Source of the DNA: Planctomycetota bacterium
Lineage (GTDB): Bacteria > Planctomycetota > UBA1135 > UBA2386
DNA: 64,000 nt
NCBI GenBank assembly: GCA_016794035.1
Contig: JAEUHS010000058.1
Location: forward strand, 14,854 to 78,853
Reading direction: 5' to 3'
Made by a program: the position numbers and the translations under genes. The notes under the pieces were generated by a model that was given only the letters and a program-made list of their open reading frames with translations, ran no database searches and was not told the DNA's origin. Below, in pieces: positions 17,893 through 26,386 of this stretch (position 1 is the first letter of the stretch; each line of letters starts with the position of its first letter).

Positions 17893-18311
17893 CGGCGTTG
17901 GCTCCGGCGTTCGTAGGTCTCGAGGGTCGTGGTCGCGCTGACCACCAGTCGCTGGCGCAGCGAGTACTGCACGGCGGCGTAGGCGCGTGGTCGGATCTCG
18001 CGCAGTTCGGCGCCGAAGATCACCGGCCGTGGCGCCGTTCCGGCGGCGCGCACTCGCGGCCAGGCGACCGCGACGGCGATCGCCGCGGCGGCTGCCACCG
18101 CCATGCCCGCGAGCCAGCCAGCCGAGCGCCGGTGCCGGCGCGTTCGCGGCGCGACCTCGGGCAACCGGCGCAGCGTCTCGCGCAGCCGCGCGAACGCCGG
18201 CAGTCGCTGCGGGTGGGCGGCGAGGAACGCGCACACCTCGGCGTCGTCGAGCGGATCGCGCCGCGCGTCGAAGCAGGCGTGCACGCGGCGGTCGAAGTCG
18301 GCGGCGTTCAT
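17889..18311 (-). CDS. Putative anti-sigma factor (single-pass membrane protein)
   Basis: The start MNAADFDRRVHACFDARRDPLDD overlaps the sigma gene stop (ATGA). The central TM segment is WLAGMAVAAAAAIAVAVAW. Its size and position directly after an ECF sigma gene fit an anti-sigma factor. Confidence 0.5.
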   Translation of the reverse strand: MNAADFDRRVHACFDARRDPLDDAEVCAFLAAHPQRLPAFARLRETLRRLPEVAPRTRRHRRSAGWLAGMAVAAAAAIAVAVAWPRVRAAGTAPRPVIFGAELREIRPRAYAAVQYSLRQRLVVSATTTLETYERRSQRR

Positions 18312-18808
18312 GGCTCGTTCTCCTGCAGGCGCTGTCGCGCCCGGTGCAGGTGGGACTTGATGGTGTTCAGCGGCATGCCGTGTTCGAGGGCCAGGTCCTG
18401 CAGCGAACGCCCGTGGGCGTGGAAGCCCAGCAGCAGAGCACGCTCGATCGGCGACAGCGGCAGCAGCCGGTGCTGCAGTTCGTCGCGCAGTTCGCTGGCG
18501 CAGGCACGGGCCGGCGCCGGGAACGTGTCGGGCCCCGCGTCGGTGCGCGGCTGCCGGCGCTGCCGGCGGCGGTGGTCGCAATAGCAGCGGAACGCGGCCT
18601 GCAGCAGCCACGCGGCGCCGTTGCCGGCGGGGTCGTAGCTGCGGCGCAGTCGCCAGACCTTGGCCAGCGTCTCCTGCAGCACGTCGTCGGCGTCCGCGGC
18701 CGAACCGCACAAGCGGCGCAGCAGCTGGCGCAGGCTCGGCTCGTGGTCGGCCAGCAGGGCCGCGAACTCGGTGTCGACGTCGCGCAGGGGCTGGGTTCCG
18801 AGGGGCAT
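18308..18808 (-). CDS. ECF-type RNA polymerase sigma-70 family factor
   Basis: 166 aa. Region 2 is DADDVLQETLAKVWRLRRSYD. Region 4 is LSPIERALLLGFHAHGRSLQDLALEHGMPLNTIKSHLHRARQRL. Confidence 0.85.
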   Translation of the reverse strand: MPLGTQPLRDVDTEFAALLADHEPSLRQLLRRLCGSAADADDVLQETLAKVWRLRRSYDPAGNGAAWLLQAAFRCYCDHRRRQRRQPRTDAGPDTFPAPARACASELRDELQHRLLPLSPIERALLLGFHAHGRSLQDLALEHGMPLNTIKSHLHRARQRLQENEP

Positions 18809-18870
18809 CGGGTGCCCGTTCTACCGCCGGAGTCCCACGAAGGTTGCAGCAGCACCGATCTCCTGCCGGG

Positions 18871-19938
18871 TCACTTCGCGGCGCGGAACTGGTCGTCGTC
18901 GACGGGCGCATCCACGGCGACCTCCTGCCGCGCCTCGTCGAGCGTGGGCGCCGGCTTGCCGTCGAAGGTGGCGCGCACCCTGTGGGGCACCAGGATGCCG
19001 TCGTGCGACTCGAAGTCGTCGAACGCCAGGTCCAGCGCCCCGAACCAGAGCTGTGGTCCGCGGGCGCGGCAGCTCAGCGTCAGCACGCGACCATCGGCAC
19101 CGACCCCCAGCGTGACCACCGCGCCGTCGAGCCACAGCTCACAGCGGTCAACGGCCGTGCCGCCGACCTTGGTCTTGCCGACGGCGGTGGCAGCATGGGG
19201 CCCGTCGAGGGCGCGGCGCAGCGCCACGACGGGGTCGCGCAGCAGCTGGTGCGTGGCTTCGCGGCGGGCGCTCTGGTGCATCGGCTCGGTCTTGTCCTGT
19301 GCGACCGAGAACGCGGCATCGGCCGTCACCACGTTTGCGAAGTGCCACTGCTGCTTGGCCTGCAGGTAGTCGTGCTCGGTGCGCCAGCGTTCGGGAAAGG
19401 CGATGCGCAGCCGCCAGACCTGCGTCGTGTCGCCTTCGACGCGACGGTGTTCGTGGGCATACGTGCGCCAGGCCCGCAGCCGATCGCCGCCGCCGTGGGC
19501 CGCCACCGCGCGCGCGAGCAGCGCGGCGCCGGCTGGATCCCCCGGTGGCCGCGGCACGTCGGCATCGAGGAACCGGGCCGGTTGGTTGCGGAAGCCGTCG
19601 CGGCACTGGTCGCTGGCGAACACGTAGATGCGTCCGTCGTGCACGAGCCACCGCGCCGGGTCGCCGGCGCCGCTGAGCGGCCCCATGCGGGCGCAGGCGC
19701 CGCCGAACTGGATTGCGTGGCGTTCCGGTTCGGCGCGGAACGTCGCCAGGTTGTCGGCGGTGGCGAAGCGGTAGCGGAAGCGGCCGAGCGGCAGTTCCAA
19801 GTCGGCGGCGCCCGCCCGCTCCTCGCCGCGCGCCAGGTCGATCGGATCGAGGCCGGTCAGGGCCAGCTCCTGGCCCGGCAGGACCATCGGCGACAGGAGG
19901 ACGGCGATCAGGACCAGGTGGTGGGGTCGATGCTGCAT
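18871..19938 (-). CDS. Secreted hypothetical protein with an N-terminal YHS-like segment
   Basis: The start MQHRPHHLVLIAVLLSPMVLPG is a signal peptide. FGGACARMG...DGRIYVFASDQCRDGFRNQPARFL resembles a YHS/TRASH-like fold. The rest is unassigned. An alternative start lies at 19974. Confidence 0.5.
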   Translation of the reverse strand: MQHRPHHLVLIAVLLSPMVLPGQELALTGLDPIDLARGEERAGAADLELPLGRFRYRFATADNLATFRAEPERHAIQFGGACARMGPLSGAGDPARWLVHDGRIYVFASDQCRDGFRNQPARFLDADVPRPPGDPAGAALLARAVAAHGGGDRLRAWRTYAHEHRRVEGDTTQVWRLRIAFPERWRTEHDYLQAKQQWHFANVVTADAAFSVAQDKTEPMHQSARREATHQLLRDPVVALRRALDGPHAATAVGKTKVGGTAVDRCELWLDGAVVTLGVGADGRVLTLSCRARGPQLWFGALDLAFDDFESHDGILVPHRVRATFDGKPAPTLDEARQEVAVDAPVDDDQFRAAK

Positions 19939-20107
19939 GGGGCGATGACGAGCGGAGGGACCGGGAATCGACATGCCGCGCGGTCGGCGGTCAATCCCGG
20001 GCTCGATCCAGGCTCCGGCAGCCGCCGGCAGCCCGGGCTCGCGTTGGCCGACGGCATCCTGTATGCCACCGCGTGCGGAGCCAGCCCTGCGTCGAACCGA
20101 GCGAATC

Positions 20108-21688
20108 GTGGCGCCTGCTGCAGCCGGAACCACGGGGTTCACCGGCTGGCAGTGGGTGGTGTTGTTGTCGGCCACCGCCGTCGCCGTAGCGCTGCGCCTG
20201 CACGACCTCGGCACCTGGTCGATGTGGATCGACGAGGCGCACACCTGGCGCGATGCCACCATGCCGCTGCGGGGCCCGCACGGCTTCCTGCGCAGTGACC
20301 GTGCGCTGTACCCGCTGACGTTCCTCGGCCTGCGCGGTCTGCTGGCGCTCGGCTGGAGCGCCGACGAGTACTCGCTGCGGCTGCCGTTTGCGGTCGTGGG
20401 CATCCTGACGGTGCCGCTGATGGCGTTCTGCGGCCGGCGCCTGGTGGGCCCGTGGCCGGCGGTGCTGTCGACCTGGTTGCTGGCCCTGGACCCGTGGCAC
20501 ATCTTCTGGAGCCAGAACGCGCGCGGCTACGTGCTGACGTGCTGCCTCGCGGCCGTCGCCTGCAACCGGGCGCATGCCTACGCCACCACGCTGCGCACGC
20601 GCGACCTGATGGCGACGGGCGCGGCGATCGCGATCGCGGCGCTGTCGCACCTCAGCGGCGCGCTGCTCGCCGCCGGGCTGCTGGCGTTCCTGCTGCTGCG
20701 CCGCGTCGAGCGGCTGCATCGCCGCTCCGTCGTGCGCGCGATCGTGGTCGCCGCGGTGGTGGCCGCGGTGCTGCCGTGGGCGATGCGCGAGTGGGCGCCG
20801 ATCCAGGGCTTCCTGCACAGCAAGGACGACCCGTCGCTGCTGCATCTGCTGCAGACGACCGCGTTCTACTTCCGGCCGACGATCCTGCTCGCCGCCGGCG
20901 CCGGGCTGGTGTTCGCCTGGGGCTGGCTGGGCCGCGAGAAGGCGCTGCTGCTCGGCTGCCTCGCGGCGGTGCCGTTCTACGTGCTGCTGGTGATCGGCGG
21001 CCAGCTGGCGAAGGTCACCGCGCGCTACGCGATCTGCACGCTGCCGGTGCTGGCCTGGCTGGCGGCGCTGGCCTGCACGCGCATCGGCGGCCTCGTCGCC
21101 GGCTCGTCGGTCCGGCACCGCGGTCGGCTCTACCCGGCGGGTCTGGCGTTGCCGCTGCTGCTGGTGGCGGATCATCTGCAGCACGCGGTCGGCTACTACA
21201 CCGATCAGCACGGCCAGCGCGCGCGGTGGCGCGAGGCCTGCGCGTTCGTGCGGGCCGAGGCGGGGAACCAGCCGATGCGCGTGCTGACGGTCAACGAACC
21301 GACGATCGTCTACTACCTGTGGCCGCAGCACTGGTCCTCGGGCAGTGGTGACGCGGACCCGATGGCCGTCATCGAAGTCCTCGTGGAATGGAAACTGCAC
21401 GGCATCGACGCGGACGCGAGCGGCAAGCCGGTCGTGCGGCACGAACCGGGCGCGACCAACCACCTGCGGTGGCACGAGGCCGAGGCGGCGCGGCGGGGGG
21501 CGAAGTTCTTCGTGCTGGTGACGATGCCGGAACTCGAGGAGATCGATCGCAGCATCGACCCGAAGTTCGATCAGCCGGGCGCCCTGCTGCGCGCCCTGCA
21601 GGCCGACTACGAGCTGGTGTTGCACCTGCCGTGCTGGGTCGGCCCCAAGGACGAGAGCGTCTACGTCTACGTGCCGAAGGCGCGCTGA
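20108..21688 (+). CDS. Polytopic membrane glycosyltransferase, family 39 / ArnT-PMT_2-like
   Basis: It has multiple TM helices and an N-terminal region WSMWIDEAHTWRD...YPLTFLGLRGL...LRLPFAVVGILTVPLM...LALDPWHIFWSQNARGY typical of ArnT/PMT_2 enzymes. A soluble C-terminal domain follows. The start is uncertain (GTG at 20108; track start 19973). Confidence 0.65.
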   Translation: MAPAAAGTTGFTGWQWVVLLSATAVAVALRLHDLGTWSMWIDEAHTWRDATMPLRGPHGFLRSDRALYPLTFLGLRGLLALGWSADEYSLRLPFAVVGILTVPLMAFCGRRLVGPWPAVLSTWLLALDPWHIFWSQNARGYVLTCCLAAVACNRAHAYATTLRTRDLMATGAAIAIAALSHLSGALLAAGLLAFLLLRRVERLHRRSVVRAIVVAAVVAAVLPWAMREWAPIQGFLHSKDDPSLLHLLQTTAFYFRPTILLAAGAGLVFAWGWLGREKALLLGCLAAVPFYVLLVIGGQLAKVTARYAICTLPVLAWLAALACTRIGGLVAGSSVRHRGRLYPAGLALPLLLVADHLQHAVGYYTDQHGQRARWREACAFVRAEAGNQPMRVLTVNEPTIVYYLWPQHWSSGSGDADPMAVIEVLVEWKLHGIDADASGKPVVRHEPGATNHLRWHEAEAARRGAKFFVLVTMPELEEIDRSIDPKFDQPGALLRALQADYELVLHLPCWVGPKDESVYVYVPKAR

Positions 21689-21731
21689 GACCCGACTTGC
21701 CCCGTCGTGCCGTTGTGCCGATCATCGGCGC

Positions 21732-22913
21732 ATGCGCAGCATCCTGGCGTCGTTCCTCGTTCTGGCTCCCTTCGCCGGCGCCTGCGCGCAGGAGCCGGCC
21801 GGGCGGCCGCGCGACGACGCGCCGTTCGAGCCGAGCGACTTCGTGCGGTTCGTGACCGAGGGCGACGGTGGCCACCTCGACACGGCGATCACGACCTACC
21901 GCAAGGGCGACGTCGAGCTGCGGCTGTTCGGCGCCGTGCACATCGCCGACCAGACCTGCTACGACACGCTCAACGATCGCTTCACCACCTGCGACGCGCT
22001 GCTCTACGAGCTGGTCGGGCCGGAGAACTACCGGCCGACCAAGGACCGCGACCAGAACGGCCTCAACCCGATCGCCATGCTGCAGAACGGGCTCAAGAAC
22101 GCGCTCGAGCTGCAGTTCCAGCTCGACGGCATCGACTACTCGCCGGCCAACTTCGTGCACGCCGACATGACACCGCAGGAGTTCGCGGCCAGCATGGCCG
22201 AGCGCGGCGAGAGCCTGCTGACGATCATGCTGAACATGATGGCCAGCGGCATGCAGATGCAGCGGGACCGGGCCGAGAGCGGCGAGCCGGCGGCGGCCGC
22301 GCCCGACCTCGTCACCGCGTTCCGCAACGGCGAGGGCCGCCACCTGCTGCGCATGTCGTTCGCCGCGCAGATGGAACAGATCGAGGTGATGGCCGTCGGC
22401 GGCAAGGACGGCAGCACGCTGCTCGAGGGCCGCAACGAGAAGTGCCTGCAGGTGCTGCAGCGCGAGCTGGCCGCCGGCAAGAAGAGGATCGGCATCTACT
22501 ACGGCGCCGCGCACCTGCCGCACATGGAGCGGCGTCTCGTGCAGGACCTCGGCTTCGAGAAGACCGGCCAGGAATGGCTCGTCGCCTGGGATTGCACGAA
22601 GCGCCCGGACAAGAAGTACGACCGCGAGCTCTACGCGCAGCGCCGCCGCTGCAAGCAGGAGCTGGGCGAACTCGCGGCCGCGGCGAAGGCGCTGCGCGCG
22701 GCCGCGCCGACGGTGCCGACCGTACAGGAACTGGCTGCCGCCGAAGTAGGTGGTGCGCGCGTCTACCAGGGGCCGGTGCAGGACCCATGGGGGCACGACT
22801 ACGTGATCCGGGCGCGCCCCAGCGGCGTGCGCTGGGAGGTCCTGAGCCTCGGTGAGGACGGACTCGCGGACACCGACGACGACCTGGTGGCGCAGGAACC
22901 GCGCCGTCGCTGA
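21732..22913 (+). CDS. Secreted TraB/GumN-family domain fused to a type II secretion GspG-like C-terminal domain
   Basis: The signal is MRSILASFLVLAPFAGAC. The TraB/GumN-like blocks are LRLFGAVHIADQTCYDTL...ALLYELV and LEGRNEKCLQVL...IGIYYGAAHLPHMERRL. The C-terminus DPWGHDYVIRARPSGVRWEVLSLGEDGLADTDDDLV matches the DPWG..Y...S.G.DG...T.DD signature of pseudopilin GspG C-terminal domains. Confidence 0.6.
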   Translation: MRSILASFLVLAPFAGACAQEPAGRPRDDAPFEPSDFVRFVTEGDGGHLDTAITTYRKGDVELRLFGAVHIADQTCYDTLNDRFTTCDALLYELVGPENYRPTKDRDQNGLNPIAMLQNGLKNALELQFQLDGIDYSPANFVHADMTPQEFAASMAERGESLLTIMLNMMASGMQMQRDRAESGEPAAAAPDLVTAFRNGEGRHLLRMSFAAQMEQIEVMAVGGKDGSTLLEGRNEKCLQVLQRELAAGKKRIGIYYGAAHLPHMERRLVQDLGFEKTGQEWLVAWDCTKRPDKKYDRELYAQRRRCKQELGELAAAAKALRAAAPTVPTVQELAAAEVGGARVYQGPVQDPWGHDYVIRARPSGVRWEVLSLGEDGLADTDDDLVAQEPRRR

Positions 22914-22917
22914 TCGC

Positions 22918-23667
22918 TCAGGCAGCCGGCGGCACCTGTGGCCCGTGCAGTGCGACCGGTTTGCCGTGGCGGCGCAGGCGCAGGTTCAGCATCTCGACGA
23001 ACAGCGAGAAGCCCATCGCGAAGTAGACGTAGCCCTTCGGGATGTGCAGCTCCCACGCTTCGCCGACCAGCGTGAAGCCGATCAGCAGCAGGAAGCTGAG
23101 GGCGAGCATCTTCACCGTCGGATGGCGCTCGACGAAGGTGCAGATCGGGTTGACGAAGGCGACCATGATGCCGACCGAGATCAACACCGCGATCACCATG
23201 ATCGCGATGTGATCGACCATGCCGACGGCGGTGATCACGGAGTCGAGGGAGAACACGAGGTCGAGCAGCGCGATCTGCAGCAGGACCTGGCCGAACGCCA
23301 CCGGGCGTCCGGTCGAGTGCCCGTCGCCGGCATCGCCTTCCAGCTTGTGGTGGATCTCGGTGACGCTCTTCCACATCAGGAACAGGCCGCCGCCGAGCAG
23401 GATCAGGTCGCGCACCGAAACTTCGTGGCCGTCGATCGCGAACAGCGGCGCAGTGGCACGCATGATCCACGTGATCGTGAACAGCAGCGCGATGCGCATG
23501 CCCATCGCCAGCAGCAGGCCGAGGCGACGGCCGCGGGTCTGCTGCTCCTTCGGCAGGCGACCGGTCAGGATCGACACGAAGACGATGTTGTCGATGCCCA
23601 GCACCGTCTCGAGGAAGGTGAGGGTGAGCAGCGCGACCCAGGCCTGCGGTTCGGTGATCCACTCCAT
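22918..23667 (-). CDS. TerC-family integral membrane protein
   Basis: 249 aa. LLTLTFLETVLGIDNIVFVSI and LLDLVFSLDSVITAVGM are the two TerC repeats. Confidence 0.85.
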   Translation of the reverse strand: MEWITEPQAWVALLTLTFLETVLGIDNIVFVSILTGRLPKEQQTRGRRLGLLLAMGMRIALLFTITWIMRATAPLFAIDGHEVSVRDLILLGGGLFLMWKSVTEIHHKLEGDAGDGHSTGRPVAFGQVLLQIALLDLVFSLDSVITAVGMVDHIAIMVIAVLISVGIMVAFVNPICTFVERHPTVKMLALSFLLLIGFTLVGEAWELHIPKGYVYFAMGFSLFVEMLNLRLRRHGKPVALHGPQVPPAA

Positions 23668-23700
23668 GCCGCGCGAACGTAGCCGCGCCGGCGCCGGCCG

Positions 23701-25227
23701 TCAGTTCGATTCGTCGCCGCCGGCCGAGTCGAGCAGGCGCTGCAGGCGCGCGGCGTCGGCACGCACGGTGATCGTCCTGGTCTGCGACGGCACCACCGCG
23801 CCGGCCGGCAGGCCCTTCGGCTTCTTGACGTGCTTTCGGTGGGTGTAGATCACGTCGATGCGGCTCTCGCCGCGCGCCTTGCTGAAGTGCACCGCGAGCA
23901 CAGCCGCGTCGAGCAGCGTCTCGAGGCTGGCGGTCTTCTGCTTCGGCAGCCGGACGACGACGTGCGAGCCGGCGCGGCCGCCGCCGACGTGCAGCCACAG
24001 GTCGTTGCCGTTGGCGGTGCGCAGCGTCAGCCGGTCGTTCTGTTCGTTGTCGCGGCCGACCAGGATCTGGTAGCCCTCGGCCGAGACGAAGCGGCGGTAG
24101 TTCTCGGCGCGCGGGATGCTCGCCGCCGGCTGCTTCTGCCGGGTCGTCACCTTGGGCTGCGGCAGCGCGCCCTGCCGCTGCAACTCGGCGGCGATGCCGG
24201 CCAGGGCCTCGTCGACGGCCGGCGTGGCCGCGGTCAGCGCCTGGAGCCGGTCGTCGATCGCCGCCAGCGCCAGCACGGTCGCGCTCGCCTCGGCATGGCG
24301 CCGCTCGGCGATGGCGCGGCCCGCATCGAGCCGGCGCGCCTTGTCGTAGAGCGCCTGCGCCTGCACGATCACCGGTCGCGCCGGATCGAGTTCGATGCGC
24401 CGCGGGTGGCCGTCGTGGTCGGGGTCGGGCACCGACATCGAGCTGGCGCCGCGCGGCACGCCGCCGGCGAACGCCAGCATCAGATCTGCCTGCGTGCGCA
24501 GCGCCTGCGCACGGCCGGCGTCGGCGAGGCCGCGCGCCATGCCGTCGGCCTTGGCGCGCGCCTTCTGCAGCGCGCGTCGGGTCGCGAGCGACAGCCGTTC
24601 GTGTTCGAGGGTGAACTCGAGCGCGAGGTCCAGCGCCGCATAGAACGCGTCGATCGCCGGCAGCACCGGCGCGGCGAAACGGCGTGCGCCGTCGTCGCGC
24701 GGCTCGCCGCTGGCCGGCGGCGGCTGATAGGTGTCGCCGGGCCGCACGGTACGCACCGCGGTCTCGACCGAGCGCGACAGGGCGAGCACGCGCTGGCCGG
24801 CGTCGACCAGCGCCCAGAGTCCGCGGCTGCCGAACAGCTCGACGGCCAGCCGCCGCGGCCCGCGGTCGCCGGCGAACACGAACTCGCAGCGCCGTTCGCC
24901 GGTCGGGTGCACGACCTCGACCAGTCGGCTGCCGGCCAACTCGCGGTGCAGCAGGTCCTGCACCGGGCCGCGCACCAGCGCCGCCTTGGCGAACCGGCGC
25001 GTGGTGGTGGCGACGCGCGCGCGGCTGCTGCCGAGCGCGATCTGCACGAACACCTTGCGGTCCTGGTCGGCGGCATGCAGCACCAGCAGCAGGTCCTCGG
25101 GGCCCGCCGCCGTGCGCACCGGCACGGCATCGACGACGACCGTGCCGACCAGCGACCGCAACGCGGTGGTGGCGTCGTGCAGTTCGGCGGCCGAGAGGCC
25201 GCGCGCGGCCGGCCCCGGACGCTGCAC
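23701..25227 (-). CDS. NFACT-family protein (FbpA/RqcH-like, ribosome quality control type)
   Basis: 508 aa with a GTG start. It has an NFACT-N-like N-terminus, a coiled-coil middle, and a C-terminal NFACT-R/DUF814 block YQILVGRDNEQNDRLTLRTANGNDLWLHVGGGRAGSHVVV...AAVLAVHFSKARGESRIDVIYT. Confidence 0.75.
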   Translation of the reverse strand: MQRPGPAARGLSAAELHDATTALRSLVGTVVVDAVPVRTAAGPEDLLLVLHAADQDRKVFVQIALGSSRARVATTTRRFAKAALVRGPVQDLLHRELAGSRLVEVVHPTGERRCEFVFAGDRGPRRLAVELFGSRGLWALVDAGQRVLALSRSVETAVRTVRPGDTYQPPPASGEPRDDGARRFAAPVLPAIDAFYAALDLALEFTLEHERLSLATRRALQKARAKADGMARGLADAGRAQALRTQADLMLAFAGGVPRGASSMSVPDPDHDGHPRRIELDPARPVIVQAQALYDKARRLDAGRAIAERRHAEASATVLALAAIDDRLQALTAATPAVDEALAGIAAELQRQGALPQPKVTTRQKQPAASIPRAENYRRFVSAEGYQILVGRDNEQNDRLTLRTANGNDLWLHVGGGRAGSHVVVRLPKQKTASLETLLDAAVLAVHFSKARGESRIDVIYTHRKHVKKPKGLPAGAVVPSQTRTITVRADAARLQRLLDSAGGDESN

Positions 25228-25230
25228 GGG

Positions 25231-25698
25231 CTACCGCTTCAGTTCCTCGACCGGATCGTAGATCCAGCCGTAGCCGGCGTAGTCGTAGTCGACGAGGCCT
25301 TCGGGGAAGAACAGCTTCAATTCGCGCGCGGCGGCCTCGGGGCTGTCGCTGCCGTGCACGAGGTTGTAGCTGCGGCTGACGCCGAAGTCGCCGCGGATCG
25401 TGCCCGGCGCGGCGTCGGCGCCGAAGGTGGCGCCCATCAGCGTGCGGCAGATCTTGATCGCGTCGATGCCCTCGAGCGCGAGCGCGACGACCGGCGAGCT
25501 GGTCATGAACTTCACCAGGCCGGGGTAGAACTTGCGTTCGCGATGCGCCTCGTAGTGCTTCGCCGCCAGTTCGGGCGTGATCTTCATGAGCTTCATGGCG
25601 ACGATCTTGAGTCCCTTGGTTTCGAAGCGACTCAGGATCTGGCCGGTGAGGCCGCGCTGTACGGCGTCGGGCTTCAGCAGGATGAGGGTGCGTTCCAT
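25231..25698 (-). CDS. ndk: Nucleoside diphosphate kinase
   Basis: MERTLILLKPDAVQRGL...YNLVHGSDSPEAAARE contains the NDK active-site His context (N.VHGSDS). The upstream part of the track ORF is a shadow. Confidence 0.95.
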   Translation of the reverse strand: MERTLILLKPDAVQRGLTGQILSRFETKGLKIVAMKLMKITPELAAKHYEAHRERKFYPGLVKFMTSSPVVALALEGIDAIKICRTLMGATFGADAAPGTIRGDFGVSRSYNLVHGSDSPEAAARELKLFFPEGLVDYDYAGYGWIYDPVEELKR

Positions 25699-25725
25699 GG
25701 ATCGGATGCGAGCAAAAGGGCGAGG

Positions 25726-26373
25726 ATGATACCAGCCGACCGGTGCCGGACCGCCGGCATTTCGCGGCGCCCGGGCGCGTGGGCGGCGGCGATGCTGCTG
25801 CTGCTGGGGGGGTGCCTCGCGCCCGGCGAGACGTCGCTGCTGCGCCTCGCCAGGGAGCGGCAGGCCGGCGCGCAGGAGGCCGAGCAGGCGCAGCGCGAGC
25901 GCCGTCTGCAGCTCGCGCGGCAGGAGACCGCGGACACGCTGGCGGCGATCGCCGCGGCGAAGGCCGAGACCGTGCGCTGCGCGGCCCGGCTGCGGGCCGT
26001 GCGCGCCGACCTCGAGCTCGAGCTCGCGCGCCTGCACGGCGCGGAAGTCGACCTCGAGGCCGCACGCGCGCGCGCGATGGCGGTCGAACACGAACTGCAA
26101 CCGCTGCGCGCGCTCGAGCAGCAACTGGTCGACCTGGAGCGGCTGCAGGCCGAGACCGCGCAGCGCGTCGGCGCGCTGCAGACCGAGGTCGATGCGACGG
26201 CGCGCGCGGCCGCCGCGCGCGAAGGCGAACTGAAGCGGCGCCTGCAGGCGCTGCAGGCGCAGCTGGCCGCGGCGCAGCGGTTCGACGCGGCGATGGCGGC
26301 CGCCGAGGCCGCCGCCCGCGAGGTGCTGCAGGCGCTGACCCCGCCGGCCGATGCGGCCGAGGCGCCGAAGTGA
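25726..26373 (+). CDS. Coiled-coil lipoprotein
   Basis: The ATG is at 25726. AAAMLLLLGGC is a lipobox. The remaining roughly 185 aa are A/E/R/L/Q-rich heptad-like sequence. This is the tail of track ORF 23830..26373. Confidence 0.55.
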   Translation: MIPADRCRTAGISRRPGAWAAAMLLLLGGCLAPGETSLLRLARERQAGAQEAEQAQRERRLQLARQETADTLAAIAAAKAETVRCAARLRAVRADLELELARLHGAEVDLEAARARAMAVEHELQPLRALEQQLVDLERLQAETAQRVGALQTEVDATARAAAAREGELKRRLQALQAQLAAAQRFDAAMAAAEAAAREVLQALTPPADAAEAPK

Positions 26374-26386
26374 GCCGTCCGCGCCC

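Noticed and set aside
18809-18870. A possible ECF-type autoregulated promoter upstream of the sigma gene at 18808.
   Set aside because: Only a weak AAC-containing -35-like element (TGCAACC) is present. There is no convincing CGT-type -10 at the right spacing, so I cannot support it from sequence alone.
23667-23703. The NFACT gene's TGA stop is in frame with the TerC start 36 nt downstream; I considered read-through or a second Sec codon.
   Set aside because: TerC starts with a typical N-terminus (MEWITEPQAW) at its own ATG. The 11 intervening codons match nothing, there is no hairpin after the TGA, and the two families are unrelated. This is a coincidental phase.
22799-26065. A 1088-aa minus-strand ORF, and similar very long ORFs: 43944..47129(-), 44168..47119(+), 58917..61778(+), 6014..8197(-), 1564..3756(-) and 38..1732(+).
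   Set aside because: All are off-frame or antisense overlaps of genes with clear family motifs. Their translations are low-complexity R/A/P/G strings.
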